Source of the DNA: Camelus ferus
Lineage: Eukaryota
Assembly: GCF_009834535.1 (NCBI RefSeq)
Contig: NC_045697.1
Coordinates: 27,592,001 to 27,656,000 of the forward strand
Direction: 5' to 3'
DNA: 64,000 nucleotides
The notes under the pieces are model-generated. The model did no database searches and had not been told where the DNA came from. It was given only the letters and a program-made list of their open reading frames with translations. Made by a program: the position numbers and the translations under genes. How positions within the stretch are numbered: position 1 is the first letter of the stretch; every line of letters begins with the position of its first letter. Below, one piece after another: positions 22,631 through 36,080 of the stretch.

Positions 22631-24519
22631 ATTTACTTAGCTCGTAGAGGGGGAAGCCTAAATTTAATTTATTTGGCAAAATTCTATTCAGGGAGGATTT
22701 ATTTATTCAGTCTTTATTACAGAGTTTATTCCTGAAATGTAAAGACAAGACTTAGCGAGGGCCCTTCACTGGAGCAGTGGAAGGATCTACCGTTTCATTT
22801 TTTGGCAATTTCTCTGCAGTCTTACGACAAGGCTCTTCCAGGCCCAGGCTGGGGCGGCCCAAGGTCTCCCTAGCCAGGGGCGCCTTGTCAGCATCAGGCA
22901 GTAGGGGGAGCATGTGCGCAAGAAGAGGGAAGCGGCTCCGCTCAGGCAGGAAATGTCTGAGACCATGTCCTTAACAGGCCTGGGTTGGAAAAGTTTTTTT
23001 CTTTCTGCTGACTGAATGCTTGCAACTGCAGCCTTCTCTGCAAAGATCTGTGCTTACAGACTCATCGGGTGGGAACAACCAGCCTCAGGGAGTTGTAGGA
23101 CTAGGTCACCTCTCTGCCCGCTGGGTCAAAAGAAAGAAAAGCTTCCACATTGCCACTGAGGAGGGGCCCCAGGCTCTGGGCCTCTGCAGGTCAGAGAAGG
23201 CCCTGGAAGCTTTGCCTCTATGTGGGGGGCGAAGACACAGAGGCCCAGAAAATGAGCTATCCTGGGTCCAAAACCTGCCTGAGAGGACAGGAATGTGTGC
23301 AGTTGGTAGCAAAGAATTAGAAGGTACACGGCAGGAGGGGAGAGATGTGGCTTTTTTTTTTTTACTGTATCTCCACCTTCCAGAACACAGCAGGTGGATG
23401 CTTGGCCTTCCCGCGCTTTTGAGGAGTCATTCCCATTGACATAGTCTGTTACCTTATGGTGCATTTTGACAAAGGCCTTGGAATCAGATGGAAAAGAAGC
23501 AGTATCTCTGGCACCATGTGGCCCTGTGCCCAGAGTGAGACTGGGGAGGAGTTCTGAGGCCTGGGTGGTTCTGGAGGAACTGAGCCCTGACAGGTCACTT
23601 TTACTCCAGGGTAAAGTGTTCACTCATTTTTTTCCCTTCTCCATCATAACTAATCTCTTAACCTGGGGGGGAAAAAGTGATAGAAGGGAAGAGATACCTT
23701 GAGGGTTAGCTGGCAACAATCCCCTTCCTAGTAAAAGAGAGAAGCAGAAAGTTGATGTTTGCTTATACTTTGGATTTATATGCAGAAGATAATTGATATT
23801 CTCTTGTTAATGGTGCTTATTTACAGAAAACATTGTTTTGGCCTTGGTTCCAAATACACATGAAATTTTACTCTCATACACATGCCCCTGAAATTTTTTT
23901 TTTTTTTTTTTTTTGGTTTAAAATGTTGACTTAAAAAAAAATTGGTACTTTTCTAGACCAGTAGAAAAGACTTAACCAAATTTGTTGTAAAACTACTGTG
24001 CAGATATCTCTGCCTCCATGCTGTTCCGGGGGAGCCCTCCATTCACTGTGAATAAGTCTAAAAGATGTAATCAGGAGAACCAAGATGAAAATAGTCAAAA
24101 TGGTGAGTTGATGCCTGTCATGTTTTTTGGATTTTCATTTTTCTCAGGGTTTCCTCTAATATAGAGTAATACCTATGTATTCCCAACATAAAATGATCCC
24201 TGTGTGTTGAGTTGGTATATTATAAGGAATTAAGTAATCTTCTGGAGTATTTATTTCTCATGACCCATCAAAAGTTTTACTTTACGTTGGCCAATACTCT
24301 GGTGCAAGTAATTCATTTATTTATCCCCCCGGGATGGGGTTCCCTCTCTGTGCTAGGCATAGGAAGCAGAGGTGAAGACCCAGCCTCAAAGAACTCAGTC
24401 TGGTAAGCAAGAACTTATGTTCCGTTGTATGTGGGTTTACATCAGGAAGTGACAGGAAGAGTGTTAATACTGACAGCATTGAGGAAGAAAGGCTTCATTC
24501 CATCTGAATGAGTTTGTAC

Positions 24520-24725
24520 TTACAGGGGTCAAGAGCCCAGGCACTGGGTACAGGCCACTAGGACTGAATCGTGGCTTTATTATTTTTAGCTGTGTGGCTA
24601 GGGCAAGTTTCTGAACCTATCTGAGCCCAGTTTCAACATCTATATAAGATGGGAAGAATAGTGGGACCCACATCATTTTTCTGTGAGGATTCAACAGGAT
24701 GCATTCAATGTGTGTTGATGATAAG
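24520..24725 (+). mobile_element. MIR SINE
   Basis: TAGCTGTGTGGCTAGGGCAAGTTTCTGAACCTATCTGAGCCCAGTTTC...ATGGGAAGAATAGT. Confidence 0.8.
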
Positions 24726-24739
24726 ATGCTGGTGGGGAG

Positions 24740-25240
24740 GTGGAGATGCGAGGGTCAGGGATTCAGTGAATAAAGGAGGAAAATGTGGAAGAGTGAAGAA
24801 CATTCCAGCTAGGGTCCCATGCTGTGTTTTAACACGCCCCCAGGTGATTCTAAGGCAAAATGAAGTTCAAGAACCAGTGAGCCGTGGTTAGCTGTGGATT
24901 TTAAGTAAGGGAATGGCATGCTTGGATATTCATATTTGGAGAGAACACATTGGTGGCTGTAGGAAGGATGGATTAGAGGTAAGAGACATGAAGCAAAGAC
25001 AACTGGTTAAGAGTCTACTGAATTCACGTGAGAGATGATGGAGACTTGAGCTCGGGTCACGGTGTTGGAAATAAGCAGAAAGATGTACGGTATGCAACAG
25101 TGGTGAAACAAAGGTAGTGGTAGAGGGGTACCTAGAAGACATTAAAGCATAGAATCAACCAGATTTAATCATTGGATTTAGGGGTGGGGAAGAGTAGGAG
25201 GCAGGATGAGTCTGGGAATGGTGAACACAGGGCTTTTAAT
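24740..25240 (-). mobile_element. L2 fragment containing a MER5A piece (about 24823-24879)
   Basis: Purine-rich antisense L2 (GGATTTTAAGTAAGGGAATGGCATG, GTGAGAGATGATGG); TGTGTTTTAACACGCCCCCAGGTGATTCT...AGAACCAGTG is a MER5A end. Confidence 0.6.
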
Positions 25241-25789
25241 ACCAATGGCTAAATGGTGCCTCTGCCGTCTTGCTGACACCACTCATCTGCCCCTCCCTCT
25301 CCCTCCTTCATCACTGCCAAGGTGACTGACAGCACAGATCGGCATCCTTGCAGGAGGTCTGGTTCTCTTCTGGAATGCACTGCTCTCTCCAACCACAGCC
25401 ATTGCCTCCCCCACCGCCCCCCACGGCCAAGGGAGTCATTCCACCAGCCAGTGGTTACTGCCACATAGGCCGATGAGTCACTCTCTCAGAACAGCCGGTG
25501 GCCAATGTACTTCTCTCGTCCACAGCTGGGGAGCACTTCCAGGACCTGCCCCTAAGCCCCCCAAAAACACTTTGACCTACCCTTCCGTGCAGGGTCTCTT
25601 GGCAGAGCCTGCCACCCACATCTCCAGATTGGAGACTCTCTAGTCCAAAATTACACTCAAATTACTGCTCTGTCTACATTTTAACTCAGATTACCAACTT
25701 ATTATTGCTTTATTATTGCCACAGCTAAGGAGGAAAAAGGGAAGGCAGTAGTGGCTCCTGCTAACAGGGACACGCCTTTCCTTTAAAGC

Positions 25790-25975
25790 CAGTTTCTCAA
25801 AGTGTGGTTCACGTACCACCCACTGCATCACAAGCACTTGAAGTTTTGGTAGAAATGCAGATTCCTGAGTCCTACCACAGACCTGCTGAGTCACTGAGAG
25901 GTAGGGGTAGGGGGCTGGGTTAATTTACATTGTTAGTAAGCAACCCTAATGAGTCTTTAATTACCTAAAAAGTGA
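25790..25975 (+). mobile_element. MER5A/B DNA transposon
   Basis: CAGTTTCTCAAAGTGTGGTTC terminus; AGAAATGCAGATTCCTGAGTCCTACCACAGACCT. Confidence 0.8.
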
Positions 25976-27074
25976 TAGTCGTGGCACCAGAATTCCTATG
26001 GTAATATTTCTGACCCACTGTGCAGCTGGAATGACCTCACGGTCTCGTGGGCCTTTCTAGCTTGCTTGGAGGAAGGCAGGGCCTCCTGTCCTCGTGGAGC
26101 ACATCCATCCTAAAGCTACCAGATCAGTGCTGTTGTGGTTGCTGTTCTGTTCATGTCCTTGAGGCACTGGGGACAGCATGCAAATTATGCCCAAGCACAT
26201 AAAACAAGTCCAACGTATCTGTTTAAGAAGACAAACGCATCATCATATTCAAAATAATAGTGTTGGCTTACGTTGCAATACTCCTCTTTCAAAATTGGAC
26301 ACACTTGATATGGTCCCAAATTCCAAAGAGTAGTGTCGACTTATCACCGCTAAAACATTTTTTAATTGTTTTTCCTGGTTGGAGTAATGGATTTTTCCTA
26401 AAGGGAGTCCTCTCTTTCCTTTTCCCCTTATTCCCCGAGACTGACCACAGTCAGCCAAGTAATCTGGACCTAAGTTGGATGCTTCAGTGCAAAGGTAGCT
26501 GAGCCCCTGATGACACCACAGGAAGGCACCACCATCCAAGAGCTTTGAACTCTGAGGAACATAGATGAGCAATAGGCACATGGATTCAAAAAGGATTCCA
26601 AAAAAGAAATCAGCTGGAGAGCTCTGGATAATTGGGTTTGGTTTCCTTGTTCAGCAAGTATTCATTGAGTTAAGGGTTGAGAGGATACAAGGTGGGAAAG
26701 GCGTGAGCCACACCCTTGCAGAGCGAACAGTACAGTGCAGCTGGCCAGAAGAAACACGCACTTCAAAATTAAATGTCAATACAAGGCAGTAAATGTTAAT
26801 GAGTGGGTTGGGCATCAGATGCTGGCACCTGTCAGAGGAGAGGGAGAGACATCGCCCAGGGCTGGAAGCCCAGGAAGGTTTAAAGCTGCCCTGAAGATCT
26901 GTGAAAGATAAGGAGAAACAGAAAGAAGCAATGGAGTTCAAGGTAGAGACGGAGTGAGCAAAAGATGCAGCGCTGGGAAGAGAAGGTCCCTGCTGGGGAC
27001 AGTTAGTAAATGGCTCTGGATGAAGCCTGGGGCCAGGATTGGGAATAGTAAGAGATGAAGGTCAGGTTTCATTT

Positions 27075-27290
27075 CTAAACATTTACCAAATACTTTTAAT
27101 GCTTCAGGCACTGTGTTCAGACCTTGATTGACATCTTGTTTAAGTCTTGCAATAACACCGAGGAGTTGGTGTTATCCCATGTCCCATTTTAATATGAGGA
27201 GACAGGGGCTCAGAGAGGATTGTAACCAGCCCAAAGTCACACAGCGAGTGAATAGAGGAGCCAGGGGGAAAACCCAAGTCTCCTGATGTC
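27075..27290 (-). mobile_element. MIR SINE
   Basis: CCCATTTTAATATGAGGAGACAGGGGCTCAGAGAGG...GCCCAAAGTCACACAGC. Confidence 0.8.
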
Positions 27291-27739
27291 CAAAGCTTGT
27301 GTGGTTCACGGGGGCTTTTTCATCCTTTTCTCCCTTGTCTAGACCATGTCGCTGCTTGCAGGAGAGGCTTAGCAGGGAGAATAAAGTCAGGCCAGGAGGC
27401 TGGGTGCTCCCTCCCATGCTAGTGGCCCACAGTTTCTGCCTGGCAAAGCTGTATTTCTTGTCCCATTCACATGGCCTTGGGAGTGCTGTCAAGGCCAGGA
27501 AACGGTGGTCCAATACTCCCTCTTTGGCCCTCTTGGTCCATCTGCTTTATGTCTGTATTTTTTAGATTTTTGATATGTATTTCTTAAAAAGCAGAAAAAT
27601 GACCATAAAATTTTACCTACACCATACTAAACACCATAGTCCTAGTTAGATTTTTGTTTAATAGTTAGTGACTGAAGACTCCCTCAAAATGGATTTTTTC
27701 CAAAAGTTAGGTCATTCCTCTCCTGATGAATCCCAAGAC

Positions 27740-28119
27740 AGGCATTTAAGGGCAGCTCCCTCATACTTCCCAGGAATCCAGGCTTCTTTCTTCTTGTTCC
27801 TCTACCACTGTTAGGGCACTGCCTCCTGGACCACAAGGGCTGCTTGAGCTCTAGCCATCACTTCCACATTCTAACCAGCAAGAAAAAGAAGAGGATAAGG
27901 AGGCATTTCTTTTTCAGTTGAAGGACCTAGAAGTTGACCACTACATCTCGATGTGTAACTCATTGGCCAGGATTCAGTCAAATGGAACAACTAACTTCAG
28001 GGACACTCAGAGATGTAGTCCTTACTTCAGACAGATGTGTGCCTTGGTGAAAATCCATTACTAGAAAAAAATAGAGGGAATAGATATATTGGCAGACATG
28101 TAGCAGGCCTCTGCCACAG
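27740..28119 (-). mobile_element. MaLR LTR, MLT1J-like
   Basis: GCTCTAGCCATCACTTCCACATTC, CTCATTGGCCAGGATTCAGTCA, GATGTAGTC, ends CTCTGCCACA. Confidence 0.7.
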
Positions 28120-28124
28120 TCCTG

Positions 28125-28300
28125 TTAACTTATTTGATCTTTATTATCACACAGTCTTGTGAGGTGGATATGAGTCTTATCCTCATCTTACAGATGAGAA
28201 AAATCAAGGCTCCCAGAGGTTAACTTGTTTACGGCCACACAGCCATTAAGGGAGAAGTTGGGACTGAACAGCATTCAGTGAACACCCAAGCCTGTCTGAC
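28125..28300 (-). mobile_element. MIR SINE
   Basis: ATCCTCATCTTACAGATGAGAAAAATCAAGGCTC...AGAGGTTAA...GGCCACACAGC. Confidence 0.75.
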
Positions 28301-29129
28301 CCCGACAGAAAATGGAGAAATTGATCGTACATTTCACTCCTGCCCAGGCTGGGAGTGCTTTTTTTTTCCCTCTCTTAATTTTTTCCCAGCTGAGATGTAA
28401 GCACACCCTTTACACCTTAATTCAGTTGAGAAAGAGTTAATAGTTTTCAAAATAAGTGTGGCTAGGAAACCAAGGAGAAAAAGAAACCACAAGGTAACGA
28501 AATGGCTGGGCCTGGCTGAGTGTGGCTGACACAGATTGAGTGTCCTGAGATAACTAATGGCCACCGGAGGACTGGCGGGGCCGGGCCAGCACAGGGGACG
28601 GCAGGCTCAGCTGAAAGGGCACACGGGCCTCTGCGCCTTGCCTGGCCTTCAACCAGTTGTCCTTGAATTTGCCTGAGGCATATCCATTAGCTAGATGTTT
28701 CCTCTAGCTTGACGAGATATTTGGCTTTGATCTGGGCTGGTATCTGGGCCTTCCCCCACCGCCTCTCTGTCCTGGCCCCGGTTCACAGAAAGCTGCTGTC
28801 TCTACCTTTTATAAACTGAGGGTCGTAGTGGACCACCACCAGCCCTGTGTCCAGGTCAAGGGGAACCCTCTAGCTTGCAGCAGATTAGCAAAGCAAAGAT
28901 GGCCACCGCACCTCAGCTTAATGAGTGTCCAAGACGCAGTCAGAGCCTTTTCCCTCTCAGGTGCCCAGACTTATTTCCCCAGGTGCTCTCTGCAATTGGT
29001 TCAGGCACTCTGCCTCCAACCTGGGCAATGATTAACCAGAGAAAAGATAATCTTTGTCCATGTAGTGGCAATGATCTCTGCAAAAAGCTGGTTCTCACAC
29101 AGCCTGAGAGCACTTTTTTTTTTCCTGAA

Positions 29130-29385
29130 TTCTCTCTCTCTGTCTCAGATTCTCTCTTTCTCTCTTCCTTTCTTCCTTTCTCCCATCTGCCGTCTTTCTC
29201 TTTCTCCTTCTCCTGTCCTCCCCTCCTCCCTCCCTCCCTCTCTCCTTCCTTCCTCTTTTTTTCTTCCTTTCTTTCTTTCTTCCTTCCTTCCTTCCTTCCT
29301 TCCTTCCTTCCTTCCTTCCTTCCTTCCTTTCTGTTCCTTCCTTTCCTGCCTCCCTCCCTCCTCCCTGTCAATCTCTCACTCACAC

Positions 29386-29422
<37 letters not shown>
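29130..29422. repeat. Polypyrimidine tract with (TTCC)12 (29280-29327) followed by about (TG)17
   Basis: Read directly from the sequence. Confidence 0.95.
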
Positions 29423-29423
<1 letters not shown>

Positions 29424-30994
29424 GCTCTAGGAAAGCAGACACAGTGCCTGCACACAGTCCAGATGGACTCTGTGTTCGCTGTGATGCCCAGCAGGCCCTC
29501 TGCACCTGCTCTAGGAGAAGCAAGCATGTGCCAAAAAGGCTCCTTGGAGGACATGGCCCTGGGTCCCCAAAATAAGTAGGTATGGAGACAAGAAAAATCT
29601 TCTGGAAACAGAATGATTAGTTCCCTAGTTCCTCCTGGGCACTGCAGTCTCTTTTCCTGTGTTTAGGTGTCACACTCTTCTACAAAGAGATCAACAGCTA
29701 CTTGGAGGCTAGGAAAGCCATCCGGGATGATGGTGGGCTCCAGTTCTCTCCAACCTGCCCTCCGCTGCCACCCCAGCTAGCTAAGATTTATGATTTGTTT
29801 GAGAAATGATTTAAGATCTTGTGCAGCTGTTTTTCTCTTTGTAGAAATTTTAGGCAACGTTCTGGAATGAACTGAGGTCTTCCACATCCTTATTCAGGCC
29901 TTTGGGACCAGGGAAGTCTTGGCCGGGACCATACACTTTCCAGATTTAGAGGCAAATACCTTTATCAGACCCAGCCCCACGTAACCCTAAATGTGCAACA
30001 AGAAAGCACTGCTGACTTCCTCCTTCTCCTGTGTACACAGCCGTTACCCAGATTGGGTGTCTATCTATCTGTTGTGCTGAAAAGAATGGATGCTTTGTTC
30101 TCTCCTCCGTGTTGGAAGGACTTTTATCCACCCTGACTTGTGAAGGCCCCAAACACTCCTTTGGGACCTTGTTCGTTTTCAGGGTTTACATGAGAGTCTT
30201 GAATTCAACACTCAGGGGAGATATCATCGATTGTCTAAGAGCTGTCAAAATCTCTTCTCTTCATGAAGTGTGACATGAAACAAAAAACAAAACCCGTGTC
30301 TGCTGTGTAGCTGGAAAGAGCCGCAAATGTGTCACTGGGCAGCCAAATCTGGCTTCTTTTTGGAAGATACGGTACATGCCAACATCCTCTTATCCAGTCT
30401 CTAAGAAGCTTTGCCAGGCTGGTGCAAGGATGAATGACATGGATTTTCTTTTCCTATCATCCAAGTCAACTCATTATTCCTCATTTCAAAACAGCAATTT
30501 AAAAAGATATTTTAAACCATAACTTCAAGACAAAACCTGACCACCAGAAAGGGTTTCGTGTTAGATCTGTGAAAGTCAATTACTTTACTGAGCCACAGAT
30601 ATTTTAAGTACTTTTTTCATTCAGCAGTTCCTTATTAAGCATATATCATATACATGGATTTATGACACATCCTGCTGGGAATGATAAGATATACAGGACC
30701 CTGGCTTTGGCCTTAGAAGCGAACAATCCAGTAATCATAATGGCTGCTGTCACTGAGCAGGTCATTTGTGCCAAGTGCTCCAGCTACCTCATGACAGGTG
30801 GAAACCCCATCTTTGTTACCAGCAAATCAAGGCTGGAAGGAGTGAGGTAGCTGTTCAAAGTTTACAAGATCTAGAATTCAAATCCATGTCTGGGTGACTC
30901 CAGAACTCCCAAGGATCTCTACCCTCAGTCCCCAGTGGTGGGGACCCACCAGTGTTCCCACCACTCTCTCCTGCCTCCCAATTTATCCAGGGAG

Positions 30995-31620
30995 GCTTAT
31001 CCTTCAGAGTCCTATCAGGAGAAGAAACCAGATCCCTTCTTTGAAGCTGTTCACAGGTAACTGAAAGATGAAAAGGGAAGTCTTACGGTATCGTGCAGGT
31101 AGCAGCTGCAAGACGTAGCTACCACCCCCGGGCTGAGGAAACAAGGGAAGGGGTTGCATTATTAAAACTTAGAAATTGAAAGGACAGGCCCTGTGGAACT
31201 GCAACTCAGGCCCCTGAGGAGTGGATGCTACTTGCTTGGCGCTGGTATCTCTGAGCTCAAAGGCATGTAGGACCCAGACTCTAAGAAGCCTGGTGCCAGC
31301 CGGTATCTTGGAGGGTGACTCTGCAAAGCAGGTTCTAAGCGTATGGGAAACTGCAAACTGGCTTCAGCTACTGCCAAGGGAAGGAACTATCAATGCTGGA
31401 ATGAAGAAGCGTGGCTGGGGGGACACCTGGAGGACCAGGAAGCAGACAGGAAGAAGCAAGTGTCTTCCCCTCTGCCTCGCAGCTACGGTGGCAGAAATTA
31501 ACATGGGGCCAGCTGACAGTGCAGAACTGCAGTTTGCGGGAACTCGGCTGCAGCAAAACAAGACAGAGTAGGGAAGGGTGGGCTTCCAATGGAAAGGTAA
31601 TTACTTAATAACTGGCCCAG
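30995..31620 (-). mobile_element. ERVL LTR, LTR41-like
   Basis: Reverse complement starts TGGGCCAGTTATTAAGTAATTACC...CCCACCCTTCCCTACTCTG...CTTGCTTCTTCCTGTCTGCTTCCTG, matching the recalled LTR41 5' end. Confidence 0.65.
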
Positions 31621-34600
31621 GAGCTAAGATATGGATATGAAAAAACATCACTATAGTACTACATCGTGTCTCTGATGACTCTACACGTGGTAAATCCCAT
31701 AGAACTGAGGAGCCAGTTAATGGTTATGCACAAGACCCTGTGCACTGAGTGTGGATATCCTTAGGGGCAGGGGCTATATCCTCTTCATATCCTCCACTAT
31801 GTCCTCTAGTCCCATCACCTTCCTGGCAATAAAAAGATACACGTTCATCAGAGGAATAATTCTACTGTGATAAGCCATTATAAGCCTAGATGCATTTTGC
31901 TGTTGGAGTTTTTAGGGCCAGTTCTGAACTCTGGTGGCTGTTCTTATCCTGACCCAACCCCAAATTGTGGAAGATAAAAGGAATTGGTTACTGTTAGTGA
32001 GAGCAGATTATAGTTGTCCTTGCTAAGGGATGACAGAGTTAGGGTCTGTCCTGGGCGATGCTCTTTCTGACCTGGCTACGGGGAGGGAGGACCAGGACAG
32101 CCTCTCTCAGTGCTGTGTTTGTATTCTGAGATGTTTGACCCTGCCCACAACCCCAGAACCATCTTTTTCTCTCTGGTTCCTGTCCCTCCCTTGTGTCTCA
32201 CTATTATTAGCCCTTGGAATGTGTGTTTGCCTAAAGTCATGGGCACACACTCTTGCGTCATCACAGCATGTGCTTAGAGATGTGGAATGGAGGCAGAGTC
32301 AAGAGTGTTGGTCCTGGAGTTCCTTTCTTTAGTAACCACTGTGGGTGATGCATGGATGCCCAGGAGCTCAGCCCAGCAGCTCTGTGTCAAAGTGCTGGAT
32401 GAGGACTTTGAGGCCCTCTTTTTACAATGGTCTCATTTTACAGAGGCTCTAAGGTGGAAAGTAACCGTCTTCCCCCAACTCTATAGCTGGATGGCCAGTC
32501 CCGAGTTTCTGCACAGTGCCATGGCTCCCTGCTCCTTTTTCCAGCACCCTTTTCAGTTCAATACAAATATTTCAGTAGAACTTGCTTGATGCAAGGCACA
32601 GAGCTTTTGTACATTGTCAGGGTCCCGAGTTGAGTTATTTTAAATGTTTTCTTTTGGAAACTATTTGGGCATTCTCGATTAGTTTCATCTTAAAGGTTTT
32701 ATTTAGTAAAACATCACATAACAGAGCATAATATAGGGTAGTATAACATAATAATATTTTGTTCTAAATATAATTATTAAATAATGCACACATATACACA
32801 TATAAACATGTGTTAGTAATAAAAGAAATAAACATGTGTAATCTAAATCCTTCAGAGCTAGGCTTTCCTAGCTAATATTTCCAAACAGATGGCAATATTA
32901 AACATAAGCTTATTAAGGTTTTTTCTTTAAGGATTCAACACACATCAACAATGAATTGATACTTGGTGGAAGTTCTATCAGTAGCCAAGATTTGTTCCAC
33001 TGTTTCATTCCATTTAGAGCAGTGATCCTAACAGCCCCATGGCATCTGGCATCAGGACAAGCAGAGGCGACCGGAGGAGAGGAGGTCAGGTCATCGGAAG
33101 TCTCTCAAGGCCCTGAGAACAGCTGGGCAGGATCCCAGTTCCCCCTCACTGCCTGCCCACCCCCCCTCAGTCTCTCAGATTGCTCCCCAGCACTCTTCTG
33201 ACCTGGCCAAACTTAACTCTTGAGTGGACCTTGCTACTGTCAGCATGGAACATTCTATCCAGATAAACCACAGTAGTTCATGGAAAAGCTTTGAAAAGAC
33301 AAGGCTGAATTAAGAAATCTCTTCCCATGCTTCTGGAAAGTTTTCTTGAGTTTTTTGCCAGAATTCCTTTCCACCATTCCTGGATGGGTATGGTCGTGGG
33401 GTAATGTGAGATAATGACACAGTACGCTTACCCAGTAAGAGAATAGTTCTGGTTGCCCGAGGTGTTTGAATTTGAACCCCAAGTACATATGTAACATACG
33501 CAGGCGCTCATCTGGTCTGTAAGGCAAGAGGATAAAATTTTAACCCAACATTCATTTTTAAATTTTCTTTTGGGAACTCTGCTGTATGTAAGTCCAGCAG
33601 GAATACGATAAAAGAGAGAAAAGGAATTATTCAAAGTTAAATATAAGACTAGATGACAACTGAGAAAAAGAAACACATTTCTCACACATCCTCTGGTACT
33701 CTTCCCTTCCCATTAGCATTTTGAATGTTGTGTATCCACAAAGACAAATATATCTGTAGCTCACACATTATTTCGTGGTAATGGGAGCATGGGGCAGGGG
33801 GAGAAAGCTAAAATTTTCTCCTGATTGTAACAGTAATAAAATCTTGCTGTATAAATCTAGAAAGTACCAATAAAACAAAATAAAATAAAATAATAGGGGG
33901 AGAAAAACAAACCACCCATCATTTTATCATTTTGGTATTTCTCCTTCTTATACTGACTATACCATTTTATACAGTCTTTTTTTTCCCACATGAACTATTA
34001 TACATATTTGAAAGCCTATGTTTAATTCTGTTGTGTGGATGCCTTGTGTGTTTTTCTTATTTGTTCTCATTGTCATCCTTCCTTTTTTTAAAATTTTTAA
34101 AAACTACTATAAAGAACTCTGAAATGAACATCTTTGTGCATCAAGTTTGTTTCTGTTAGGAAGGATTTCCAGAAGTGAGACTTTTGAATCAAAACGTATA
34201 AACATTTCTTAGGTTCTCTGTCTATTGCAAAATTTCTTTCCCAGCAGGGGATTCAATCTCACGGTTCCTCTTGTAGTGTTTGAAAGTATCAGTTTTAGAC
34301 ACACTTGGAGGCCTTGAGCATTTTCTCTTTTTGTTTTAAAGAACTGATCTGATACAATCATAATTAAAAAGTACAGGATCACTGCTTTTCTTTATGTATA
34401 CATTTGATTATTAATAAGGTCAAACATTTTAATTCAATATATATTGGTTATAAAGGCAGGGACCATGTCTACTTTGCTTTTTGCTGAATTCCTAGTGTGG
34501 AGAAGAGTGCCTGACGTAGAGAAGGCACCCAATGAATACTTTTTAAAATCAGTTTCTAAATTATAATCTTTGCCCACTTATCCATTCAGAAATAATGTTT

Positions 34601-36013
34601 TTAATAATCAGATATTTAAAAATGATAAAATTCTGTGTTGGGAAGACTTAGATTTTGTAACCCAATTCTAAAAAGTAGCCTACAAGTTACATTCCCACAT
34701 AAGTGTAATGGCTTATGTTTCTGATTTTGGAATATTTGCATAGTCTTGAGGACAGACTCATGGCAAAGAAGTCACTGAAATGAATTTGTATCCTGGTTTG
34801 ACCAACAGTTAACTGTGTGATTTTGAATAAGTTCTGTTAAGTTTTTAACGCTTCCTTTGTAAATTAAAGCAAAATAAAATAAAAGTCAACAAATGTGTCT
34901 TTTTTTTTTTAATCACATGGGACCACTGAGAAAATATAGTGAGATAATTACAGGTAATAATTAAAAGTAAAACTTTTGAAATGCAAAATATCATATTCAA
35001 ATACAAAACCTGTTCCAGGTCTCACTTTCCTCATTTATAAAAAGGGCAAAGTGCTGGGATTAGCATAATACCTAAGTTATAATAAATGTACAATAAATAT
35101 TAGTTGAATAAATTATTTCCAAATTTCTCATTTTGACTCTATGATTAAGAAATGCCCCACAGGTTGAAAAAAAAGTGAGGAATGTGGTTATGAAAAGTAA
35201 GCCATTGCTCGAATATTTGCAGTAAAATCTGATTGCAAAGAATTAACTCAGAATAAAGTTTTCCTTCTGCTCATTACCCCCAAAAGAAAGCTTTAATATG
35301 ATATATAGAAATGTTGATAATATGTACAAAGGAAATAACTCCAAAGGAGGGAAGATAATTCAGATAGTCCTTATTTGCCCAAAGTTGGTTAGAGTAGCTA
35401 GCAAATTAGAAACAATTCAAATTTTCAACAGTAGGAGAATAGCTAAGTACACTAAATTATCTTAACATGATAGACTTCTCCTTAGTCACTGATGACAAAT
35501 ATAAACTGTGTCATTATGTGGAAATGCGTATAGGAAGTAATAGCCAGTGAAAAATAGAACACAAAACAATATACACATTCAGGTTACTGTTACATGCAAA
35601 TGTGTTGAATGCATATTTTTAAAAGAGAAAAGAATTTGCAATGAAGAAAGCAAATAGTACGTGCGCATCAAGTTTTTTTTTTTTCTCTCCAAATAAAATT
35701 GGCCAATTGTGTCACTTTTTTAAAGTCAAAAGTTTGCCATGAATTTGCAGGATAGCTCAACAGTCTTATCCTAAATCATGATGGCTATAAAATATCGGCA
35801 GTTATATAACAAGACAAAGGAGTCTCTCCATGAAAGACACATCGTCTGTCCAGGCTTGTCCATAGCTTGACATTTCCATTGACTAAATAATGATTAATAG
35901 ACTGTATAAACAGCATGCCAGGTACTTGTATTTGGTTGTGGATGGGGAAATTATTTATAGTTGCCTGAAGCCCGTGTGGCTGGCTGGTATTTCTGTGAGA
36001 TTGTCTTCATCTA

Positions 36014-36080
36014 AGAGAAGAAGAAGAGGAGGAGGGGAGGAGGAGGAGAGGAGGAGGAGGATGAAGAGAGAAGAGGAAGG
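36014..36080. repeat. GA-rich low-complexity tract (GAA/GGA)
   Basis: Read directly from the sequence. Confidence 0.9.

Noticed and set aside
28875..29579. Longest ORFs (234 aa plus strand, 204 aa minus strand)
   Set aside because: Open only because they cross stop-free (TTCC)n, CT-rich and (TG)n repeats; the translations are low-complexity.
21996..30329. 13-mer AGAGCCGCAAATG present near 22.0 kb and 30.3 kb
   Set aside because: Exact 13-mer repeats are expected many times by chance in this window; the flanks are unrelated.
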